Of a stretch of DNA of 64,000 bases, positions 10,448 to 18,065 are shown piece by piece. Numbering within the stretch: the first letter of the stretch is position 1; the number at the start of each line of letters is the position of its first letter. Where the stretch lies: NCBI GenBank assembly GCA_964384235.1, contig CAYLJX010000002.1:4126-68125 (forward strand), written 5' to 3'. Made by a program: the position numbers and the translations under genes. The stretch comes from an uncultured Bdellovibrionales bacterium. Its GTDB lineage: Bacteria > Patescibacteriota > Minisyncoccia > Moranbacterales > UBA1568. Below the pieces are notes generated by a model, which saw only the letters and a list, made by a program, of their open reading frames with translations, did no database searches and was not told where the DNA came from.

Positions 10448-10711
10448 ATGGCTCTCACGCACAAGCAGAAGGAGAAAGTGGCCTCCGAAGTCAAGCGCCA
10501 CGAGAAGGATACCGGTTCGCCGGAGTACCAGATCGCCGTCTTTACGGAGCAGATCAAGCGGCTCACGAGCCACCTCAAGAAGAACAAGAAGGACTTCCAT
10601 TCGCGCCGCGGACTTCTCAAGATGGTCGCCAAGCGGAAGAAGCTCATGGCCTACCTCGAGAAGACCAACGAGAAGGCGCACAAGACGCTTGTGAAAACCC
10701 TGGGGCTCTAA
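10448..10711 (+). CDS. rpsO: 30S ribosomal protein S15
   Basis: DTGSPEYQIA...HLKKNKKDFHSRRGLLKMVAKRKKLMAYL. Confidence 0.97.
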   Translation: MALTHKQKEKVASEVKRHEKDTGSPEYQIAVFTEQIKRLTSHLKKNKKDFHSRRGLLKMVAKRKKLMAYLEKTNEKAHKTLVKTLGL

Positions 10712-10814
10712 GCCCCTTTTGTTTTTAAATAACCAATAACCAAAATCCAAGATACAAAAATCCGACCGGAGTTTTTTGGTGATTGGAGCTTGGTGATTGG
10801 TGATTGCTAAAGAT

Positions 10815-11312
10815 ATGGCGAAGTTTGCAGAACAGAGAGTCGGCGTGGTGGTGGATATTTCCAACCTCTATTACAGCGCGCGCGTCCTCTACGGAAAGAA
10901 AGTCAATTTCAAGAACGTCCTCGAAGAGGCGACGAGCGGGCGCAAGCTCATCCGAGCCCTGGCCTACGGCATCAAGACCGCGGAAGCGACGGAGGAGAAG
11001 TTTTTCGAGGCTCTCGAGAAGAGCGGATACGAGGTCAAGACCAAGGATCTCCAGATTTTTCCGGATGGATCGAAAAAGGGCGACTGGGACGTCGGTATCG
11101 CGGTGGATGCCATCAAGATGGCGCCCAAGCTCGACGCCATCGTCATCGTCTCCGGTGACGGGGACTATGTCTCGCTCGTCGAGTATCTCCAGAGTACGAG
11201 CGCCTGCCGCGTGGAAGTGATCGCCTTCGCAGAGTCGGCCAGTGCCAAGCTGGTCGAGGTCTCGGATGATTTTATCAATCTGTCCGCGAACAAACGCCGA
11301 TTTCTGATATAA
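10815..11312 (+). CDS. NYN domain (LabA/DUF88) protein
   Basis: VVDISNLY, KKGDWDVGIAVD, VSGDGDY PIN-like acidic motifs. Confidence 0.88.
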   Translation: MAKFAEQRVGVVVDISNLYYSARVLYGKKVNFKNVLEEATSGRKLIRALAYGIKTAEATEEKFFEALEKSGYEVKTKDLQIFPDGSKKGDWDVGIAVDAIKMAPKLDAIVIVSGDGDYVSLVEYLQSTSACRVEVIAFAESASAKLVEVSDDFINLSANKRRFLI

Positions 11313-11329
11313 GAACTTGTGCTTTCGAT

Positions 11330-11373
11330 AAAAAAAGAGCGGCCTGACTCGTATCGAGCAGGCCGTTTTTTTT
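11330..11373. terminator. bidirectional terminator
   Basis: A-run, GCGGCCTG...CAGGCCGT, T-run between convergent genes. Confidence 0.65.
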
Positions 11374-11386
11374 GGCGGGCTGATCC

Positions 11387-12379
11387 TTAGGGAGGATCAG
11401 GGTTCTTTGGGTCTTCCGGTGAAGTGAAGGAGTAGCCTTCGCCGGGCTTGTTCCTGATGCAGCCACGAAGAGAGCTTCTGGAGAATGCTGCCCTTGTCTC
11501 TGCGATGATTCGTGCGGAATTAGCCGGATTTTCGTAGTCGAGGACATCGCAGATCTCATTCATGGAAAATACCGTTCCTTCCTTCGAGCTGAGAAGATCG
11601 AGGAGAACGAAGGCCTTCTGCGTCAGAACGATACGTATGCCATGAAAAAGAAGCTCGAGTTTGCCGTATTTGGCCCATCGCACCTCAGAGAAGTAGGATG
11701 AAGTCCAGGGAGGAAGCGGCCTTGGCGGCTTTTTGGTTTTCTGCGGCACCGTTTCGTCCGGGTCGTGTCTGGGTATGCGAGGGCTGCAATGTCGCCTTTG
11801 CTCCTCGTTTTTTCTCCGTGTATCCCAGGTTGTCGGAGGCCATTGCCGTTCATGCATCGTGATACCGGTATCGATAGTGCGCCCCGAAAAGTGGCTACTT
11901 GCCGGGAGAACGCCATCTGTAGCCCGCCTCGTTCTTTCTTTCGAGAGATGATAGCTTCCCTTGAGGTCTCCACTGAGGGTATCTCGGATGGCTTTGGCTA
12001 TCCTTGATGCGTCAAAAACGAAGTAGCCGAGAGCGGTGGTAGCTCCCGCATTGAGAAGGCCAGCGCCGGTCGGAAAGTCCCTTGTGAAGCGGTCCTTGTC
12101 ACGGCAGATGATCGCGATGATTTTGAGATCAGGCCTTTGTACGTGGAGTGACTGTAAGAGGGCTATCTGCTCGCGAAGCTCGTTTTGTTCCCGGGAGAGA
12201 AAGAGAACGACGCCATCACCTTCTTGAAGGACAACAACCATCCGCCAGACACGCATCCGATCGAGGGGAGTGAAAGCTGTGAAAGAAATCGGTTGCCCTC
12301 GGAAGGCCTCGGAGAGACTCTTAGGTAGTAACGAAGAGGAGAAGGCAAACACAGTCCGCCTAGACAGAGGCTTGTTCAT
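11387..12379 (-). CDS. putative regulator: degenerate receiver-like N-terminus, OmpR-type winged-helix C-terminus
   Basis: SD AAGGAGG before ATG 12379; C-terminal LTQKAFVLLDLL...VFSMNEI...IRNKPGEGYSF resembles Trans_reg_C. Confidence 0.55.
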   Translation of the reverse strand: MNKPLSRRTVFAFSSSLLPKSLSEAFRGQPISFTAFTPLDRMRVWRMVVVLQEGDGVVLFLSREQNELREQIALLQSLHVQRPDLKIIAIICRDKDRFTRDFPTGAGLLNAGATTALGYFVFDASRIAKAIRDTLSGDLKGSYHLSKERTRRATDGVLPASSHFSGRTIDTGITMHERQWPPTTWDTRRKNEEQRRHCSPRIPRHDPDETVPQKTKKPPRPLPPWTSSYFSEVRWAKYGKLELLFHGIRIVLTQKAFVLLDLLSSKEGTVFSMNEICDVLDYENPANSARIIAETRAAFSRSSLRGCIRNKPGEGYSFTSPEDPKNPDPP

Positions 12380-12528
12380 AGGGAATTCCTCCTTGTTAAG
12401 GAACGATGAATGTATCCTAGGGAGGTGATCGGCCGATGTCAAGAGGGTCTTGTCCCTTTGACAGGATGAGAAAAAAGGGGGTAGAGTGTGAAATAGGGCA
12501 CTTGCCCCAAGTAATCATTTGTTGCCTG

Positions 12529-12664
12529 CTTGCGGGTTTATAGGTACACGGGAGTCAGTGAACAAAGAACAGTCAACAGTGAACAGAAATGCTGAAAACG
12601 CACATCCTGTTGACTGCTGATTGTTGACTGTTGGCTGATACCCGCGTGTTTATGAGCTTGCGAG
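12529..12664 (+). promoter_or_regulatory. long G-U-rich stem in the pnp 5' leader
   Basis: 12529-12558 pairs with 12635-12664 with many G-U pairs on the + strand; TTGACA at 12458 upstream. Confidence 0.55.
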
Positions 12665-12678
12665 AGGGCTGATAATCT

Positions 12679-14799
12679 ATGTCAGACGAGAAAAAGTGGT
12701 CTCTCCAGCTGGGAGGCCGCGAACTGACCATCGCGACGGGTATGCTCGCGGGGCAGGCCAACGGTGCCGTGACGGCACGGTACGGCGATACGGTGGTCCT
12801 TGCGACCGCCGTCATGAGCAAGGGTGCCTCCAAGATCACGGGGTATTTCCCTCTCATGGTGGACTACGAGGAGCGCTACTACGCCGCGGGCAAGATCAAG
12901 GGATCGCGTTTCATCAAGCGCGAAGGCCGTCCGTCGGACGACGCCGTGCTTTCGGGCCGCGCGGTCGACCGGACGATCCGGCCGCTTTTTGACAGCCGGA
13001 TGCGTAACGAAGTGCAGGTGATCGTGACGACGCTCTCCTACGACGGCGAGAACGATCCGGATCTGGTGGCGATGATCGCGGCTTCGGCGGCGCTTACGCT
13101 CTCCGATATCCCGTGGAACGGTCCTATCGGTGCCGTGCGGGTCGGTATCCAGAACGGCGGCGACCTCGTGCTCAATCCTTCGTCAGAAGAGCGCGTTTCG
13201 AGCAGTCTCGACCTTCTGTTGTCCGGTACCAAGGACAAAATCAACATGATCGAGGCCGGTGCCAAGGAAATCCCGGAAGAAAAAATGGTAGAGGCGTTCC
13301 GCTTCGGTTTCGAGGCCATCCAGAAAATCTCCTCCTTTATCGAAGACATCCGCAAAGAAGTCGGCAAGGAAAAAGGGAAAGCGGCGATCCTGCGGGGATC
13401 CGACGAGTTCGAAACGGGAGTCCGCGAGGCGTTCGTGAGCGAAGGACTCGGCGATTCGCTGTATCTGCGTCCCAAGCAGGCTATGGAGGACAAAATGGAA
13501 GCGATCAGGGAAAAAGTATCCACTTTCGCCAAGGAAACGTTCCCGGATCAGACATCCATGGATGAGCTGTTGAGCCTCATCATGGATGAGGTGTCCGACG
13601 AGATCGTCCATGAGAACATCCTCAAGGCGGAAAAGCGCCCCGATGGCCGGAAACTGACGGAAATCCGCCCGATCTGGTGCAAAGTGGGCGTGCTTCCGCG
13701 CACCCATGGAACCGGACTCTTTACCCGTGGAGAGACACAGGCCCTTACAGTGACGACACTCGGTGCGCCCGGCGACGAGATGGTCATCGACACGATGGAA
13801 ACTGACGAAAAGAAGCGCTACATGCACTTCTACAACTTCCCGCCGTATTCGGTCGGCGAAGTGCGGCCGATGCGCGGTCCGGGCCGGCGTGAAGTCGGTC
13901 ACGGAGCGCTTGCGGAAAAGGCGCTGGTACCGGTCCTCCCGAGCAAGGAAGAGTTTCCGTACACGATCCTCCTCGTTTCCGAGGTGCTTTCTTCCAACGG
14001 TTCCTCATCGATGGCTTCGACATGCGGCTCGACACTTTCCCTCATGGATGCCGGTGTCCCCATCAAGAAGCCGGTGTCCGGTATCGCCATGGGTGTCATC
14101 ACGGGAAAGAGCGGTGAATACAAGATCCTGACCGATATCCAGGGGCTCGAAGACCACTACGGCGACATGGACTTCAAGGTGGCCGGGACCAGGGACGGTA
14201 TCACCGCCATGCAGATGGACGTGAAAATCGACGGATTGACGCCGGACATGCTCGCCGTCGCGGTAGCTCAGGCCAAGGACGCGAGACTGGAAATCCTCGA
14301 AAAGATGCTCTCGGTCATCCCCGCGCCGCGTGAGACCATGTCTCCCTATGCGCCGCGCATCATCACGCTCCATATCAATCCCGACAAGATCCGCGACGTC
14401 ATCGGCCCCGGAGGTAAGATGATCAACCAGATCATCGACGAGACCGGCGTGTCCATCGATATCGAGGATGACGGCTCGGTCTTCATCACGTCCACGGACG
14501 AGACGAGCGCCAAGGAAGCCGTGGAATGGATCCGAAACATCACCCGCGAGGTGGTGGCTGGAGAGCTCTTTCAGGGGCGGATCACCCGCATCATGAACTT
14601 CGGCGCATTCGCGGAGGTACTTCCCAACCAGGAAGGACTCATCCATATTTCGGAACTGGCCGATCACCGCGTCGAGAAAGTCGAGGATGTCGTGAAAGTC
14701 GGCGACATCGTCCCGGTCATCGTCAAGGAAATCGATTCCCAGGGTCGTATCAACCTCTCGCACAAGCAGGCGCTTCGCAAGATGAGTCAGGAGAATTGA
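12679..14799 (+). CDS. pnp: polyribonucleotide nucleotidyltransferase
   Basis: Two RNase PH domains (KREGRPSD, RTHGTGLFTRGETQ, DIQGLEDHYGDMDFKVAG) plus KH and S1. Confidence 0.98.
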   Translation: MSDEKKWSLQLGGRELTIATGMLAGQANGAVTARYGDTVVLATAVMSKGASKITGYFPLMVDYEERYYAAGKIKGSRFIKREGRPSDDAVLSGRAVDRTIRPLFDSRMRNEVQVIVTTLSYDGENDPDLVAMIAASAALTLSDIPWNGPIGAVRVGIQNGGDLVLNPSSEERVSSSLDLLLSGTKDKINMIEAGAKEIPEEKMVEAFRFGFEAIQKISSFIEDIRKEVGKEKGKAAILRGSDEFETGVREAFVSEGLGDSLYLRPKQAMEDKMEAIREKVSTFAKETFPDQTSMDELLSLIMDEVSDEIVHENILKAEKRPDGRKLTEIRPIWCKVGVLPRTHGTGLFTRGETQALTVTTLGAPGDEMVIDTMETDEKKRYMHFYNFPPYSVGEVRPMRGPGRREVGHGALAEKALVPVLPSKEEFPYTILLVSEVLSSNGSSSMASTCGSTLSLMDAGVPIKKPVSGIAMGVITGKSGEYKILTDIQGLEDHYGDMDFKVAGTRDGITAMQMDVKIDGLTPDMLAVAVAQAKDARLEILEKMLSVIPAPRETMSPYAPRIITLHINPDKIRDVIGPGGKMINQIIDETGVSIDIEDDGSVFITSTDETSAKEAVEWIRNITREVVAGELFQGRITRIMNFGAFAEVLPNQEGLIHISELADHRVEKVEDVVKVGDIVPVIVKEIDSQGRINLSHKQALRKMSQEN

Positions 14800-14826
14800 T
14801 ACGGGAGAAAAAGTTGGTGTATACTG

Positions 14827-14859
14827 AAGGGAGAGGAGAACCTCTCCCTTTCGTTTTTT
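14827..14859 (+). terminator. intrinsic terminator after pnp
   Basis: AAGGGAGAGG-AGAA-CCTCTCCCTT followed by a T-rich tail. Confidence 0.7.
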
Positions 14860-14886
14860 CAAGTTTTCAAGATTGAAACAAACACT

Positions 14887-15999
14887 ATGGCGCTTTTTTC
14901 GGAGAAATCATCAGGCACTGACGGATCGATTCCGGACGATATCCTCTCGTCCGTTCGGACCATGGAGGAAGAACACGGGAAACAAAGTATGGGACAAGAC
15001 GGTTCTCCCTCGGTATCAAGATCCGTTCCGGAAAAGAAAGATGCCGGGAGCGCCGCTTCAGGGAGTCCTTTTCTGACGGGAGAAGTCCATACTCCGCCGG
15101 TGACATCCGCGCCCGCGGGTTTCGATGCACCGAAGAAGGAGACTGTTTCCCAGGAAAACCTGGTATTCACCAACCCTCCCACTCTTGCCATTCCGGATCC
15201 CCAGGCTGCTCCAAAAGTAGTTTCTCCGTCTCCGGAAGTCGTTTTTTCGAAATCGGGCAGTAAGAAATGGCTTGTGGTAGGGATTATCGTCGTCATCGTG
15301 GCCTTGTTCGGTCTCGGAGCCTATCTGTATTTCAGGAATGCTCCTTTGGAAAAGGTGATGGAGTCGGTTGTCCCGGACGGTCAATCGTCCGCCGAAACCC
15401 CTTCCGATCTTGTCGAGACTCCCGTTGTGGAACCGCCTTTCGCCTTGGACAAGCCGAACTACCTCTCTCTTGATACGGAAAGCATCTCTCTGGATGAAGG
15501 GAAAACGGTATTCGGGGAAGTGGCGGTCAAGATGCAGGCGGCCGGTATCGTTCAACCGGTGGAATTTCTCATTACGGATTCCAACAACAACCCCGTGGCT
15601 TTCAGTCGGTTCGCGTACCTGATGCATTTCGAGTTGTCTCCGGAACTGCTCGCCTTTTTGGATGAAGGGTTTTCGGTATTCGCCTTTATCGACGGCGGGA
15701 AGCTCCGTCTCGGTCTCGCTCTCACGATGAAGGATGCGACTGCGGCAGGAGCGCAGATCGTCAAGGAAGAGAGTTCTCTCCCTTCCGCGTTCCGTCCGCT
15801 GGTGCTGCTCAACGGAAGCATGGTGGGCATCAACCGGACATCGGTCTTCCGATCGGGATCGTACAACAGCGAGGCGGTCCGCTTCACCAATATCGATGCC
15901 AATCAGAATCTTTCTCTCGACTATACGCTGCGCGGGAACCGATGGTTCGTCGGAACGAGCAAGGATACGCTTCGTGCCATGCTCGATCAGACCCGATAG
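14887..15999 (+). CDS. hypothetical bitopic membrane protein
   Basis: Pro/Ser-rich N-terminus, single TM (WLVVGIIVVIVALFGLGAYLYF), globular C-terminus. Confidence 0.75.
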   Translation: MALFSEKSSGTDGSIPDDILSSVRTMEEEHGKQSMGQDGSPSVSRSVPEKKDAGSAASGSPFLTGEVHTPPVTSAPAGFDAPKKETVSQENLVFTNPPTLAIPDPQAAPKVVSPSPEVVFSKSGSKKWLVVGIIVVIVALFGLGAYLYFRNAPLEKVMESVVPDGQSSAETPSDLVETPVVEPPFALDKPNYLSLDTESISLDEGKTVFGEVAVKMQAAGIVQPVEFLITDSNNNPVAFSRFAYLMHFELSPELLAFLDEGFSVFAFIDGGKLRLGLALTMKDATAAGAQIVKEESSLPSAFRPLVLLNGSMVGINRTSVFRSGSYNSEAVRFTNIDANQNLSLDYTLRGNRWFVGTSKDTLRAMLDQTR

Positions 16000-16137
16000 G
16001 ATGGCTTGGGAAAAGGATATTTCTTGGAAGAAAAAAAGTAAAATATTTTTTCAGAAGGGAGTTTTCTCGAAAAGAAAAAATATTTTCTCACAAGAAAGAA
16101 AAAATGCCGCGAATGAGAGAAAGTTGATGCACATGAA

Positions 16138-16166
16138 TTGACCCGGACGTTTTTTCCTGCTATAAT
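16138..16166 (+). promoter_or_regulatory. near-consensus sigma70 promoter
   Basis: TTGACC-17 nt-TATAAT with extended -10 TG; boxA-like ATTCTTTGACAAC follows at ~16184-16196. Confidence 0.8.
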
Positions 16167-16172
16167 GGATTT

Positions 16173-16690
16173 GTTAGCAGTGAATTCTTTGACAACTCGC
16201 TCCCCCAAACCGTCACGAACGGTGAAAGAGTTCCCAGTCACTATTTCCCCCTAATAGTGATGGGGACTCTTTCACTGTTCAAGTGTCTCGGCAATGTACC
16301 GGGACCGCCTCGTCCTAACACGAGGACCAAAACAAAAACAAAAAGAGGGGTTAGCTACACAGGGGATGGAAAGCCGAACGGCTTATGCCTCCTGCGTAGC
16401 TAACTACCAGCTCTCGAAAAAATAATAAATGTCGGGAGAAAAACAAAAAGAAACAAAAAATCGTTCTTTCAAAAAAACAACCAAAGGCGAAACGCCAGAG
16501 AACGGTGAAGGGAGAAGTGCTTGAAACGTTAGGACAAGCGCAACAACGCAAGTGCACAAACTACAGGCGTGACTTATGGATCATGATGCCACTCACCCGG
16601 GCTAAATGACCAGCATACCTGTTGGCACATGCAAGTTCGGGCGCTCCAGCCAAATATTTATTTTATTGGGCGCAAGGAGCGCCCGGACAC
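16173..16690 (+). ncRNA. candidate large structured non-coding RNA, family unknown
   Basis: No credible ORF; at least 8 stems separated by A/AC-rich linkers; follows a strong promoter and boxA-like element. Confidence 0.55.
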
Positions 16691-16805
16691 CAACATCTTG
16701 AGCAGAAGATAGGAGATAGGAAGTGGGAAATGAGTGAGGAAGAGAAGGCCGAAAGGCTGTTTTTTGTTGCTTTTTTTGTTCATTTTTGCTTCAATAAAGG
16801 GAAAT

Positions 16806-17207
16806 ATGCTTTTTTCTCGAAAACAACCGAAGACCGTCGGGAGTCAGGGAGAGGATCTGGCTGAGCGCTACCTGAGAGACAAGGGATACCGGATTCTGGA
16901 ACGGAACTTTGCCAATCCGAAGGGGTATCGGCTGGGAGAAATCGATATCATCGCCAAACAAGGTGAAACGATCGTTTTTGTCGAGGTGAAGACGAGGCAT
17001 CGGCAGATCCGGGACGGTGACGGGATCATCCTGCCGGAGGCGGCCATCACGCCGGACAAGATGCGAAAGCTTTCCCGGATCGCCGAGTATTATCTGAGGA
17101 AGACCAGACAGCTTTCTCTCCCGTACCGTTTCGATGCCTTGGCTCTCGTCATCGATACGGACAGAAAAACGGCGAAAATACGCCATTTGGAGAGCATCTT
17201 TTTCTAG
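16806..17207 (+). CDS. yraN: YraN family (UPF0102) nuclease
   Basis: GSQGEDLAERYL...GYRILERN...GEIDIIA...VFVEVKTR...RFDA. Confidence 0.93.
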   Translation: MLFSRKQPKTVGSQGEDLAERYLRDKGYRILERNFANPKGYRLGEIDIIAKQGETIVFVEVKTRHRQIRDGDGIILPEAAITPDKMRKLSRIAEYYLRKTRQLSLPYRFDALALVIDTDRKTAKIRHLESIFF

Positions 17208-17266
17208 ACAGTGAAGGGAAATTTTGGTATACTGGGTGTAAGATAATCTTTTTGCTCTGAAGACTT

Positions 17267-17611
17267 ATGGCACTTGATACAGCGGTTCTCGCCGAACTGA
17301 AAGAGAAGCTTCTCGCCGAAAAGACCCGTCTGGAGACGGAACTCGGGCGTTTTGCCAAGCCGACCGGTGCGGAAGGTGATTATGAGACGAACTTCGAGGA
17401 CATCGGTACCGATCCGGATGAGAACGCCAGCGAAGTGGAGGAATACGTCGACAACCTCGGACTGGAGAACAATCTGGAAGGACAGCTCCGGGATGTCAAT
17501 GATGCGCTCGCCAAGATGGAGCGAGGTACCTACGGTGTCTGTGAGAAGACCGGACAGGAAATCGGCCTGGATCGCCTGCGGGTGTATCCGGCGGCCCGGA
17601 CGATCGTCTAG
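17267..17611 (+). CDS. DksA/TraR family protein
   Basis: Coiled coil with acidic tip DPDENA, then ALAKMERGTYGVCEKTGQEIGLDRLRVYPAAR. Confidence 0.8.
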   Translation: MALDTAVLAELKEKLLAEKTRLETELGRFAKPTGAEGDYETNFEDIGTDPDENASEVEEYVDNLGLENNLEGQLRDVNDALAKMERGTYGVCEKTGQEIGLDRLRVYPAARTIV

Positions 17612-17628
17612 TCTGCTTTTCAGGGGTT

Positions 17629-18039
17629 ATGCGATACATGAAAGCGTGGTATGGAGGGCTTGCTCTCGCCGCGCTTTTTCTTTTGGACCGGGGAGCGAAG
17701 ATTTTCTTTTTTTCGGAAGAGAGTCTTGGATCCGTCTGTAACCAGGCGGGAGGCTGGAGTATCGGTCTGCCGGGGCCGGTGTTTGCCGTGGTCTCTTTCT
17801 TGCTTATTTCAGGCATTACTGTACTCTGGTGGAAAGAAACCTCGTCGTTTGTTTCCTGGGGTTTGCTCCTCATCATCGGGGGTGGTCTCGGGAATCTCTT
17901 TGACCGAGTCATTTACGGCTGTGTCATGGACTACATCCGTATCGGGTGGTTTCCGGTGTTCAACCTGGCGGATATATTCCTGACTGTAGGAGTAGTGCTC
18001 ATTTTTTATCACTGGTTTCAAGAAAATTTTGATTTTTGA
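17629..18039 (+). CDS. lspA: lipoprotein signal peptidase II
   Basis: GGGLGNLFDR...GCVMDYI...FPVFNLAD catalytic Asp motifs. Confidence 0.85.
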   Translation: MRYMKAWYGGLALAALFLLDRGAKIFFFSEESLGSVCNQAGGWSIGLPGPVFAVVSFLLISGITVLWWKETSSFVSWGLLLIIGGGLGNLFDRVIYGCVMDYIRIGWFPVFNLADIFLTVGVVLIFYHWFQENFDF

Positions 18040-18065
18040 ATTTTAACTTTTGACTTTCTTCCGTT

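Noticed and set aside
16173-16690. RNase P RNA, tmRNA, SRP RNA, rRNA fragment, group II intron or DGR template
   Set aside because: No GAGGAAAGTCC, tRNA-like ends, domain V or rRNA motifs seen; no reverse transcriptase or matching variable repeat for the AAC-rich linkers.
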